Shown: positions 50,159-62,405 of the stretch, piece by piece | Numbering within the stretch: the first letter of the stretch is position 1 | Layout of the letters: every line of letters starts with the position of its first letter | Assembly (NCBI GenBank): GCA_003971905.1 | Contig: RSEE01000140.1 | Span: 1-64,000 of the forward strand | Reading direction: 5' to 3' | DNA length: 64,000 bases | Source of the DNA: Moniliella sp. 'wahieum' | Lineage: Eukaryota | Program-made: the position numbers and the translations under genes | The notes under the pieces: generated by a model | The model's database searches: none | What the model saw: the letters and a program-made list of their open reading frames with translations, nothing else | What the model was told of the DNA's origin: nothing

Positions 50159-51707
50159 TCACCAGCCGTGCCGTGCGACACGGTACACGGTGGTACAAGG
50201 AACAGTGAATGCTCGCATCAAACAAAGCCCGTAATGGTGCGGGGTTAGGCGCCCAACCCAGCATGGACCGAGGTGCGATGGGATGGTAGGGTGGGGGCAC
50301 TGGCGTGCAGAGGGGGGTGGAAGACATGGGTGCGGATAGGGCGGGGGATGCGGGTGGGAAGTGGGGTCGTAAGGACGGGGCCGCGATCGCGAGGAGGCCG
50401 CGTTGGGTGTGGCAGGGTGAGAAACGACCTTGGCTGTGTCATTGGCGGTAGCGGAGGAGAGCACAGAGGAGGAGGTGGGGTCGGATTCCCAGTCAGAGTC
50501 GGGATGGGGGTGGAGATGGGGTAGAGAAGAAGGGGTGGGAGGTAACGGGGAAAACGCAGGATCGGGTTCGGGGTTGGGTTCGGGGTTGGGCTTGGTTTCC
50601 AAAGGCCAATTGGCCAGTGTTGCCCGCAACACTTCCACCGAATGATACGGCTGCAAATGCAAAGGACGGAGACAGGTACTGTTGCGCAGCGCCACGGCCG
50701 CTTGTGAGCTCAAGACCGGGTCCGCGGCGGGGGCAAGAAGAGCATGCAGGCGCGGAGGGGCTAGCTCCGTACCGACGGACGAGGCGAGCGAAAGTGGGCG
50801 GTGTTTGTGCACTGCGGTTCGCATGCCCAAGGGACTAGGTCCCGGCCGATGCAGCTTGATCCGTCGGTCGAGGGGGAGGTCGAGGTGCGAGGGACCGTAA
50901 GACGCGGGACGCGGGACTTTGCGGCTCGTCTTCCTCGTCCGCGGGGGGGCACGGTCATCGGATCCGACTTGGCTGCTAGGTTCCTGGGCCCATGGATCGT
51001 CCTCGTGCGCCGAACGGCGTTTGCGCAGTTCACGCACATTCGTCTCCCCCGCTTTCGCTTCGGTAGCACATGGGGACGAAGGGTGGGACGCGTTAGGCTG
51101 GGGCATGAGGACTGCCGCTGCGCTCTGTGGTCGATGGGGGGAGGCGAGGCGAGGCGGGCAACGTGCCGGCGGCGCAGCGATACTTGGGTTTGGACGTTGG
51201 TGTCGGCTGCGACGGCGGTGTCCGGCGGAGGATCCGCATCAGTGGCGGGATGGCCATCATTGGGTGTGGTAGGTGGGGCGATGGGCTTGCGCCACCACCA
51301 CCCCCATCGCGGCCGATCGTGGTCGGGGGGGGCGAGGCGGGAGGGGAGACGAGGAAGGCGAGGCTGGGGGGTGCGCCTGGGCACGATCTGCCTGGGGCGA
51401 GGGCGGGAGGATGCATGTGTCCTTGTAGCCAGCCTCGGCGAGGAGGTCGTGGAGGGAGTCGAAGGCGTCGGGGGAGGAGACGCAGGAGCGGGGCCGGTGT
51501 GGCAGGGCGGCGTGGAGGTGACGGCGGGGGAGGGTGGGGGGCGGCATGGGGGTGGGCGCAAGCGGCGGCGGGGGCGCAGGCAGACAGGGCGGGGTGGCGG
51601 CGGACGCACGGGCGGGTGGCGGAGGATGCGGCAAGGAACCGACTCCTGAGTGGCCAGGGGGGGCGGCGCGGGTGTGGAATTGCACACGACGTTGTGTTGC
51701 TTCTCAT
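50159..51707 (-). CDS. Hypothetical Pro/Ser-rich protein
   Basis: Chained minus-strand ORFs with one complex block, FDSLHDLLAEAGYKDTCILPP; ends uncertain. Confidence 0.45.
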
Positions 51708-52042
51708 GCGCGGCGGGTGGCGTGGTGCCGGGGCGGGGCGGGGGTAGTGTGCTGCCGAGGAGGAACGAGGGCGAATAAGCTTTCCGGTTCCAATTTCAAT
51801 TCTGCATGGGCCAACCGGCGTGACGTGTGACGCGTGACGCGTGAAGCGCGTGAAGCTTGGCGCTTGGAGCTGCAAGCTGGACGCTGGACCCTGGGCGCTG
51901 GATCTACGCGCGTCCCCGTTTCCACCAGGCACGCATAAATCAAACATTTCATTCCTGGGGCCGCTTGCCTTCTGTTACGTAACCCCCGCCACGCCCTGCT
52001 CCTTCGCTTCGCTTCCCTTGCCCACCACCCACGTTGGCCCCC

Positions 52043-52306
52043 ATGGTGCAGTACTTGATTGGCCGGTACGTCCTTCTGCCCCTCCCCTCCGGTGGTGCCG
52101 GCGGCCCCGTGCGCTGACACGTCCAGGTACGCCGACATGGCGTTCGGCGTGGCCACCGGCGCCTTTGCATACGTCCTGTGGGAGCGCGAGCCCTCCAGCC
52201 CCCCTCCCAGCCGGGCGGCCGTACCTTGGCCGACTTGTTGCAGTGGAAGATTCGCGGCGGCCCACCTCCCGGTCATGCTCAGGCTGGCCAGCAAGAAAAA
52301 CAATGA
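52043..52306 (+). CDS. NCE101: Non-classical export protein 1-like small membrane protein (intron 52066-52126)
   Basis: MVQYLIGR-YADMAFGVATGAFAYVLWERE..GRTLADLLQWK; GTACGT / CTGAC / CAG intron signals. Confidence 0.75.
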
Positions 52307-55300
52307 ACCCATCTCGTTCGGTTGCAATTAATTTTGCCAATGCACTTTGTTGAGCCACCGGGAGGGGGACTCGTGCGCTGGGGAGCCAAGAGTTTCTTCA
52401 GGCCCTTCTTAGGCCTAGGAGCTGCCATATGTTCTCACTTCTGTTGTCCTCGTTCCGTACCCAGGCCCGGGGGCCAATGGCTTGCTTAAGGGTTGTTTGA
52501 TGTCGCTGTAGGTGTCGTTGGTTAGGCTCTAGGGCATGGGTGGACCTCGTTTTAGGCATGCCCCACAAGCATGCGGAGGGGATCCGTCCTTTCAATGCAG
52601 GCCAATGTTGATGATCCGAACTACTCTCCATCAGGCTGGAACGCAAGGTGCATAGTCCTCTCCTGGCTTTTCTCCACTGCGATAGTAGCGCACTCGTCAG
52701 CGTCGGTGAGAGTGGGGGCTCAGCTTTGGCGCTGTTCCAGCGGTTATTGCAATGCTATGGTCATTATCCGTGAGCGACACGAGAGATTGCGCAAACTCGA
52801 CATGATATAGGCGTCCGCTTGAGACAGGTGTATGGAGTACTTCATTCCAAAATTGGGCAGAACCTATGATCTGTGTATGCTAAGGTGCCAGATACCCCCC
52901 TTCAGAGATGTGAACGTCGACTTTTACAACTGCGCAACAAGGAAAACAGACTTCCCAACTTAGCGGTCCACAGCTGCTCGCACGTATTGCAGTTGGCGCT
53001 ATTATCGCGGGTATTTTCTTTCCGCAGAGACTGGGAGCAGTGTGGGAGTTTCACTGAGCATCTGCCTGATACGCCCCTCCTCCTCAAATACACCAGCTCG
53101 ATATGGTCGTCCAGAACGACGGTCGGGTCGACGACGGCTGAGCAAAAGCCAGACGGGGGTGAACGACAAGCATGTGAAGGACGCCTCCTTTCTCCCGTCC
53201 AAGTACCCCAAAACAGTCTGGAGAACTCGGCAGAGGCAACAGTAGCAAGAAACGTAAGAGGCCACTTCCCGATTTCGTCTCCGGGTCCGGGAGCTGTTGG
53301 ATGAGTTCAAGGAAGACGGCTACGTGTTCAACCCCCTTCAAGTTTGACGGTCCGCAAATGTGGCAGGGGGGCTGCAGATTCTCGGTGGGCCAGAGCCTGG
53401 CGACCGACGTCATACATACACACGGTTCTCTTTTAGGGCCAGTAATAAAGACCTCTATCGAGTTGCTGACGGACGCGAACTTCGACAAAGAGCCCTCGCG
53501 AGCGCTGTGGCTGAATTCTCTCAACACACGAGGCATGGAATTGGTAGGTCGAGACAGCTCAACGGCGCCAAAACGTGGTTCACAGCATGTGCGCTCATCC
53601 GTAAGGGGGGGGTCGACTGCAAAAGACATTATGCTACACTCTCCCTCTGGTGCTGCCCAACTTGCTGGCCACTCTGTGGTTGGACTCCGCCAAGCCTGGC
53701 GTCGGGGAAGCGGTAAGACAGAGACTTCTGAGAAAGGTCGAGAAGCTGGAGAATATCGTGGCCGCCGCGCGCCTCAAGCGTTGGCTTTGCTACGACTCGA
53801 TGGTTTCGCTTTTCATGTCTGGGCCACATACGGCGTATACGTCTGAGCCTAGTGAAACTCCTATACGCATGTGATCGTCTTTTCTACGCTCGTCCAGAGT
53901 TAAAGCTGACATCGTACTCCCCCGTATTGTGCCTGCAGTGGCAGGACCTGCTTGACAAGCCGCCGTAATTCAGATTTTCATGGCCATCGGCGCCATCGAT
54001 CCGGCCATGCTCGTCCGTCGCCCCAAGTTCCATCTTCTGACCCGCCTATCCAAGCAGGCGCTGCTGTGAGCCCCCCTCAAAAACACACTGACAACGTGAG
54101 GAGGGTCCGCGTTACGCGCAAGGCGGACATGTCTATTACGAACGTATAAAGATTAGTACCTGCCCTGACTTGAACTATGATACAAAGGTAGTAGCGTAAG
54201 AAAATCTGCAAAACCTGCTATGTGAAGGGGGGCGATCGACATGCCCGAGGCAAAACTGGTGATCCGCGAAACAACCCCTCACGACGAGAAGGGGAGGGAG
54301 ACTCAGGGCCAGCCCGGTCGGAATACCAATAAGAAATTGTCCGCAGACGCCTGGATACTGCAGTGGGAGGGACCGAGCAGTTGTGCTATCGACTGTTCCA
54401 CCGCCTCTGGCTGGAACTACGCTCCATCTCTTGGGCCAAGGGCTACTAACTGGAAGCGTGTTGCAAGTTCCTTCCGTACCCGGCACGAGCCGCAATAGTC
54501 CCTCGAGCGCTATAGATTGTGTCCGGTTTCGATTCAGACTGTGGCTCAGGCCAAAGTCATCTCGGTGCATGACAAGGTTGGACTTCCCGAACCAATGGCA
54601 GCCGAGGCGCGTTATACTGTTCTCCGTGCGCCACCGGATGATTGGTCGAAGATATTGTCGAAATATCGCCGGCCCGCGTATTACATCAGTACCGTCAGGT
54701 TTGCGCCAAGGGAGACTGGGTGCTTGTTGCCCAAACGGATTATATTATGAGGTGCCCCCGCCCACAGCCATGCCCAGCCGATTCCTGATGTCCCGCCCGT
54801 TTCCATTGGCCGACGGGGATCGATCACATTAAGTTGCGGCCCAACTATTACCCGATATGTGGCTGTTGTGCACCGGCAGGCCAAGGCCGGACCGACTCGC
54901 GACGGAGGGTTAGAAGCAGTGAGGACTGTGGTTCCAAAACATTTGCGTTTGTTTAAAAGAAGCCCTCTCGGCTGCGTTCCTAGTAGTACACCTTGTCTAT
55001 ATGTCGCTTTCTTTTGCTTCCCTGTCAACCCTCCTATTCGCTTCCCGTCCGAAATACACCATCATTGAAACCTCATCAATCGTCATTGTATTGATCGTCA
55101 GACCCAGGTCAGAGCAAGCCAAATCAAGTCCCGCGGGTCGGGGCGGGGTATTGGATGAGCAGGCACGCGCTTCTCGGCTGAGCACCGGGCTCAGTGGTAA
55201 TAATGTAGATACGGAGATGTCGAGGAGCTGAGAGCTGAGAGGAGAGAGCAGAGAGCGAGACAGTGGGCACAGGAGGTGGCAAAGCAGGAGAAAAAAACCA

Positions 55301-55504
55301 GAGGTCGAAGGATCCTGGACCAGCCAGAACAGAACCGAAAAGAAGAGGAAGAGGAAAAAAGAAAACGGAACCAACATGCCAAATGTATCCACAGTCATCT
55401 CTTCGATTTTTTGCTCCAATAAGTCAAACCAAACAGTGGGGAGAAAATCGCTGTGGGGGCAGTGTCACGAACATGAACGTAACAGCCCAATGAAGGGGCA
55501 GTGT

Positions 55505-58500
55505 AGTATGCCTATGGTACGCCTCGTTTAACGCCCTTTTCCAGAACAGATGAAAATTCACAGGAAAGATCGGCCATGGCCTTTTCGCGGCGACCCATTT
55601 GATCGTGCCTCTCCCCGAAAGACATGCGAACCGTGGATGGGAAGAAAAAGTAACCAAAGACAAAACGAACGAGGGGTACGATGGTAAGCGGTGGAGAGCA
55701 CGCCGTATCCGGAGCCCCCACCCACCCCCACATGCCGCGGGACGTGCCCCCCCCCCCCCCCCCTTCTCCCCATCAAACCGAAAAGAAGTTAAGAAGACAC
55801 CCGCGGTTTAATTGAACACCAGTTCAAAGATTTTTGCTCGTCGTACCCTGGTATGGAGGAAGGCATCTGTTGCCGCACCAGGATGGGTTGTGGGGCATCG
55901 AGGAAAGGTGAGGGAGCCTGTGCAGGTTGTTTGTCAAACTCACGATGATTGCCGCTCTGCGTGTTCTGTGTGCGAGGCATCACCACCACATCGCCCGAGA
56001 CGAGTTCCCAATTACCGGCCAAGGCCTGCATCAAGTCCATCGGTGGTGCGAACCTCAATCAGTTGCGGGCTAATGGCAACCAAATACTTGCCTCGCTGCA
56101 CCACCTCCTTGGGCCGGCTTTCCCAGCGAAACGCACGTTCCAACCGCGTAGGCGAACCGGCACGACTGTCCTGTTCTTCCGACAAGACGTACACCCCATA
56201 TTTTTCGTACACGAGCAAAATGTCATGTCGGGCGCGAGACGCGGTATTGTGAGGCACGGGGCGGGGAACCGAAAAGAGACAAAGAACTTGACTGCCTTCC
56301 AACTCGTTGCGTACCACACTCGCTTTCGGCACTCGTCCTAGCCCATCCACCGCGACTGCTGAACCATTGTGCATCTCGGGCCGCGCACCTTGCGCTGCGT
56401 CGACCAGGTCTTGGTGCGCATCGGCGTCAAATGTAGTAAAGTTCGGCAAGGAGATCGCTGGCTGCCTCGCGTCCAGAGGGTCCATAATGTCCACCCCACC
56501 CGCATCGATCACTGCCACGTCCGATCTGTACAGTTGGAATGTACGGGGGTTGTTCTTGGTCGAGTGCAGATGGTGCTCCGCATTGACGCGGAGGTTGGCG
56601 CAACGCCATTCGCCCGTCGGGATGAATTTGCGAAAACGAGAAGAATTGGAGGAATGGGCAGGCGAGGTGTCGGGGGCGACGATGAGATGACGAAAGTCGG
56701 AGGTTTTGCGGTGCTGCTGGTATATCAAGACAGCCTGCCCCCCTTCTGCTTTGCCCACTCGCATCATCCCCACGTCGTCATCTCGAGGATACCGGCTGAT
56801 GCATGCCTTTCGTGTTCCATCCTTCTTGCATCGCGGGACAAGACTGCGTCCAATGGATACACCCACAAGGTAGTACCCAGCTGCAACACCAGCGTTCCGG
56901 CATAGTACACGTCCCCCACCGTGGGTGCAAACAAGGCCATGTTGACAATGTTTTCCGCCGGCAGGACCAATGCCAGCTTTTCCCATCGCTCGCCGAGCCA
57001 TACCCCCGATTTGGTCGCGACGGCAACCCAGTTTACCCCCGTGTTGGACTGAAAGACAAGCGCTTTGACGATTGACATGTCGGACTTAGGGTCCATCCGA
57101 CCGGTAGAAGGAGGTGTGGTAGGATTAGTAGCCACGTTGAAGATTTGCTCAGTCAGCAGGTTGATCTGCATTGGCACATCTTGCGACATCTGGATACTGC
57201 GTATATTATCCACCTCCCTCTGCACCGTCTCTTCAATCTCATCTCGCCTCGAGGCAGAGGTGGCGTAGAGATGGATGGGGCCAGTGTAAAAGTGTCCGAC
57301 GCTAAATGGATACAAAAACTCGTCCTTCCCGCACGGTAGAGCAGGCTCATCAAAGCTCCCTATCTCCAGCGCTTCCAGAGGGATTGGCTGTCGTAGCCCC
57401 AGCGAGAAAGCACGAGAGAACGTCAGTACCTTCCCTTTTCCCCCAAATTGTGTCTCCCAAACATCACACAAGAGGAAACCACAACAAGAGAAGCACGTAC
57501 CCTCCAACTCAACTGAAACGCTGGGGTCGGCAGTAGCTTCTTGTCCAAGCTGGGATCCGATTCGGCCAAGGCACGATCCGCAACGTAGTACGGATCGTCA
57601 ATTTCAGAGGTTCGCGTAGAATAGAGGATGAGGTGTTTCACCGATACCTCTACGGGTTTGAGCAGCAAGAGGAAAGTGTCGGTGACCACAAGGCGTAAAG
57701 GATCGGTCAATCGGGGCTTAGCGTACACTGCCTCTTTTTTCCATGCCCAGCTTGACCTTGCGGCGGACGGAATCCAACGCCATGGCGGAAACCATGGTGG
57801 CGTCCCCAATGCCGACATTGAATTTCCAAAGGAGTGTTTGTTGGAGCTTCAACGCATTGCTTCGTGAATTGATGAGGTCCGTGCAGCGATGTAATACAGA
57901 GGCGATGCCTTTACACTTGCTCAAGGCACGCTGCAAGGATTCCTGTTCCTCCTTCATATCCACCTTGGTCGGCCCGTCAGCTAGACTAGTAACGACGTCT
58001 GTAGTCACGTCCAGAAGCTTTCTGATGAGCTCGGGGTAAGCTTGACAAACTAACGATCCTCCCCGATCGAGAAACGATATAAGATCATTCTTGTGTGTCT
58101 GCGGAATCCGGCCAAGGTCACTCCAAAATGCGTCAAAGTGAGGATTGCAAAGACGGTCCATCCTCAAATCGTCCACGAACCACATCATCCCGATATAATA
58201 CGCCTGCATCACGTATATGAACGGATAACTTTTCAAATGCTCCTTCATGAGATTGCCCACATGGGTAATGTACCCGTCGCGCGCTTCCTGGATGCGCTTT
58301 ACCAGTTCATCCAAAAACGGTTGGTGGAGTTCGATCACCTTTTGCGTCGCCTTGATCATCTGTTGGCACAGTTTCTCGTCCCGGCTCGGCGATGGCTTCA
58401 ATCCGGTTTGCTCCTTCGCTCCGGTCTTGGGGCGGGTGTTGAGGGGTAAGACGCCACCCTGGAGAGAAGGCAAGAGGACGTGCCTTAGCAACCGCATTCC

Positions 58501-59720
58501 AGCAACAAATCCGGCTTGGACCTGGCATAGTTCTGTGAGCACGTTTTGTCGTTTCTCCTCTTTCTTCTCCATTGTGGTGAAGTCTGGTCGCGGCATGGGG
58601 GGAGGAAAAATTATTTGGCTCCACGAGGGTCGGTGCTTAGTGTTGTCCAACTTGTACGCCAGTATATCTTCCATCGATGCGAGTATGCGCTCGTTCGGCC
58701 TCGGTTTTACTAAGAAATATCATCGCTTTGTCGTGGAGAGGCGATGTTGGATTGTGTGGCGGACAGAGGAGGGACGAAATACTCAGATGAACTCGAGTAG
58801 GAGGACGGATTGGGGGCGGCAAGGGGGTCCGGGAGGTGGCAAAGGGGAAGAAGTGCCGCTTACAGCAGAGGTGCCGGCGGTTGCATGAACTGATTGAGAG
58901 CCAAAAAAAGACGGTGGTCGCATCCTCGCGGGAGCTGGATCAGTCGGTAGAGAGGGGTTGCTGCGTTCTCTGCTTCTGTCCTGCCCGTCAAGCATGGAGG
59001 AAGACAGAGTAGTGCTGTCCTCGTCGTCCTCAATTGTTTGAGTGGGGGGCTGGCTCTCGCTTCCCGGAATCAAAAAGTAGGGCGAGGAGGAGGAAGGATG
59101 TGGGCACTAGCTCCATGACATCAGGATTGAGGACGCGGAGGGTGGCAGATGGGCCGGCACGGCAAGGGCAAGTGGGGGAGTAGCAGCCATGTATATAAGA
59201 GGGGGGGGAATCGGGGCTGCGAGAGTGGGATGTGAGACAGGTGAGTGCATAGCAATGGGCCAAGGCGGGCATTATAGCGGTGGGCTCGGTGCCGCTTCGG
59301 GGCTGATATGATGGTGGGAGCTCCCAGAGATTCTGGCAGTCGTTGTGTGGGTCCGACAACTCGGCCATGAGTCTCCCCTTGACGCTGGAGGCGGAGGGTG
59401 TAGGAGGTGGGGATAAGAAAATCTGCATCGGCCATTGCACAGAGACGCTCAGCAGCGTACCCACGGGGGGCCTCGTTGACAGTGGCAGGATCGCGGGATC
59501 CTCTGCGGAGGCTGCTTGTCCAACTTGGGGAGGACCGGCGGCACGGGCGAGGCTGAAGGTAGCGCCGGGTGGGACGACGCCAAAAAGAGACTGATGCTGT
59601 GGCTTGATGGCTGCGGCAAGAAGGTCGACAAGGCGCAGTGCCGTGATTGGCTGCGGGCGGTGGTGGCGAGGATAATGGTGAGGTGGGAAAGGAGGCAGGG
59701 GTTGGTTTTCATAATGCCAT
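55505..59720 (-). CDS. Rom2/Rgf/Tus1-like RhoGEF (DH-PH-CNH), strongly divergent
   Basis: CYSPTC motif; EKRQNVLTEL..FV; YITHVGNLM; PH-like TDTFLLLLKP, RQPIPLEAL, LYPFSVGH; CNH-like FRWESRP, YLVAISPQLIEVR; both ends approximate. Confidence 0.75.
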
Positions 59721-62249
59721 CAGAGGCGGTATGGATGCCGGGAGGTCGTCATCCTGGGCAGCAGGCATGGCGGCGGCGAGGGAGGGGTGGCGGCGAGGCG
59801 TGGAGATGGAGGAGGAGGAAGAGGGGCAGACGGATGAGAGGTTTTTGCGGAGGGGTTGGGATTGAGGAGAGCAGGAACGCTGCGGCTCGAATGGACTACG
59901 AATGGGCGCAGCAGCTACGTGCTAATACGTCGTATAGGTACGAAGTATATATACAACAACACACACGCAGCCATCACTGGCTGCGCCAGACCGGCGCATC
60001 TGCTCTGCCCTGCTGCGCCCCTGTGGCTGAGAGTTGGGGCGGATCCAGAGGCAAGGGTTTTCGGATCCCTCCTGCCAACACACAAAACCACTGTCTGGAG
60101 TGGCATATGGGACTCTATCGTATATCATCCATCGTGTGCCTGTCACATCTACACGTCGCGATGGGTTTATGTCGAGCCGTGCTGCCGCCTGAGGCCCTCT
60201 TCCCGAAAGGGGAATAGGCTTCGTCATGGTTTGCCCAGAAACCTGTTTAATGTTTAACGTTTATATGGGCATCGCCATCAGTATATACTCTGTCGGGGTC
60301 TGATGGCGGTCTGTATATAGTTTAGTACATACGCAGCGTTCATACGCAGCACGTTTAAGTCAGATAAAGCTGATCCGAGTCCCGCTTGCATCGGCCACAG
60401 CACATATATGCCCTTTGTGGTACACGAGATCCACACACACCCGCTGCTTCAGGGGGAAAAACGGCTCTTGAGTGCGTCCCGGTACTTGGCGTTCTTGTCG
60501 CATTCTGCTTGTTCAAGCAGCCGAAGCAGCTCTTTCTCCCGCGTTCCATGGGAGTTGCGGTGCTCTCTTCATGCACCACCCTCCGATACGCGCTCTGCGC
60601 TTCCAGCGACCCCGTGTCGCGCAGCGTGTGGTCTACCTCCATTCCTGATCCTCCGAGTGCTCCGGGTCCCACATCACGCGGTAGTCAATATTATACTCTT
60701 TAGTCTTTTGACGCTTGAGCACGCTCCACGGGGCACATCTGTTGCCCCACCTTTCATAATACAACTCGTTTTGTCGACAAGCCTGCAGCCAAGGCTGTTG
60801 CGGAGAAGCTGGGAGAGAGCGTTATAACCGAATAACCCTCTCCTGACTAGTAGTAACTGAAGCTTTGTGCCGAGAGGAAGGCCCTTCAAGCTTCAAGCTT
60901 CACAGTCCCTCCGAAGCCCTGATGGGATACCCTGCACACAGGAGCTCTCTGTGCTGTTTTATATCATTTCTCGCTTCTCTACTAAATGATGACTTTCCTT
61001 GTTTTGCAGCTGGGCCCGGCGGGCCTTCTGGCTCGTTGATACCACTGTAGGTGTGGCGGATTGACAGAGATTGAACTACAGTCGCCACCACAATGAGTTT
61101 GCACCCCCTCAAAATGAGAGAGGGCTATCATCGAATATCATCTACTCTCCAAGACCTCACTCAACTCATCCTACTATCGGTGTTACAGCGGGTTGACGCT
61201 GCAATATGCGTGGTCACACACAGTCCACGCTCCCTATCCCTTGTCTGTACCCTGATGAGACCTGGAGTCCGGATGGTCCTCGAGGGTGATTATGCAATCG
61301 CACTGATGGTGGAGGTGGTCTAAGCACCACAGCAACGCTTACTGAGGAACATCAAGCAGCGAGTCGCCACCAGGGGTTAGAGTACTGCTGAACAAGGAAA
61401 ACAGGGAGAAAAAACAGAGCTCCCAGGCATGAGAGGAGACTGAAGCGACATTGGCCAAAGCACGAGCCACCCGGGGCTCAACATCCCCTTGCCTCTCTGC
61501 GTTAGTATAGTGGGGGGTTATAGAGGACAGGGACAGCAGTGTAATATCGTGTGCAAAAGCCTCCATAGAAGAACAACGGTGAAGCAAGAGTATGGAGCGC
61601 TGAAGTACACTGTGAAGTGTGACCCTGTGGGAGAGTGCCCACAACTGATTGGCAGCCATCAGCTATGCAATTTCTAGTTGTGTGGCGCTGATTTCGAGAC
61701 ACAGAAATGCCGATCCAATGGGAGTAGTGGCTGCGAGAGGGTTGGGCGATGGGGCAGGCCGAGGGCCCGAGGCGGGCCGAGGAGCGATGATGGTGCCCCC
61801 GTCTGGGTTTTGGATGTGGTGCTGTTGGGGGCGAGAGCCGAGAGGAGAGGGGAGGGAGGAAGTGTCGTGGCACAAAAAAAGAGAAGAGCGACAGTTTGAG
61901 TTGGCCTGCGGATGGCTTCCAATCAAATCACTGGGGCTGGGGGCTGGTGCGGGAGCGGCGATAGGAGTGGGGCTGGACAGCATCGCTGTCGCCTGGCCTG
62001 TGTTTGTCTGGTACTTGGTTGCCCAAAGAGATCACGGGAGTGATACATGATGCATGATGAGGATCGCCACCTGGTGTTATCCCCGCCAGGGCCGCTGCAC
62101 GGAGGCAGTGTGGGGACAGCGGAATTAAGCATGCTGCCTGCCTGCTGCGGGCTGGGGCCCTGCTGCCTGCTGCCTGCTGCCTGCTGCCTGCTGCTCCACC
62201 CTCGGGCACCGGCGGCGGCGGCGGGTGCGGCGTGTGCGTATTATACGCA

Positions 62250-62255
62250 GTATAA
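62250..62255 (+). promoter_or_regulatory. TATA-like element upstream of ACL (a second, TATAAAT, near 62313)
   Basis: TATAA motifs about 90-160 bp before the ATG. Confidence 0.4.
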
Positions 62256-62405
62256 GCGAGAGGACCGCATTCGGCCTTCCGTCCGGGCTACTGGCATGTG
62301 CCGCACCAACCGTATAAATCCACCCGCCCACGTGGCGCCCAGCCCACCTGCCCCGCCCCCACACCCCTCCCGCACCCGCCTCGCCTTCCCCGCCACCGCA
62401 CCGCC

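Noticed and set aside
23744..59720. GH128, KRE6 and RhoGEF as a cell-wall gene cluster
   Set aside because: Separated by many unrelated housekeeping genes; proximity is plausibly chance
60355..60672. Cys-containing ORF (CFGC...CGRC) as a zinc-cluster gene
   Set aside because: Cys spacing fits no motif and there is no start or codon support
61252..61345. CTGATGA as a hammerhead core or C/D snoRNA (CTGA at 61342)
   Set aside because: No GAAA after the putative stem II; imperfect C box, weak terminal stem and only about 9 nt of recalled rRNA complementarity
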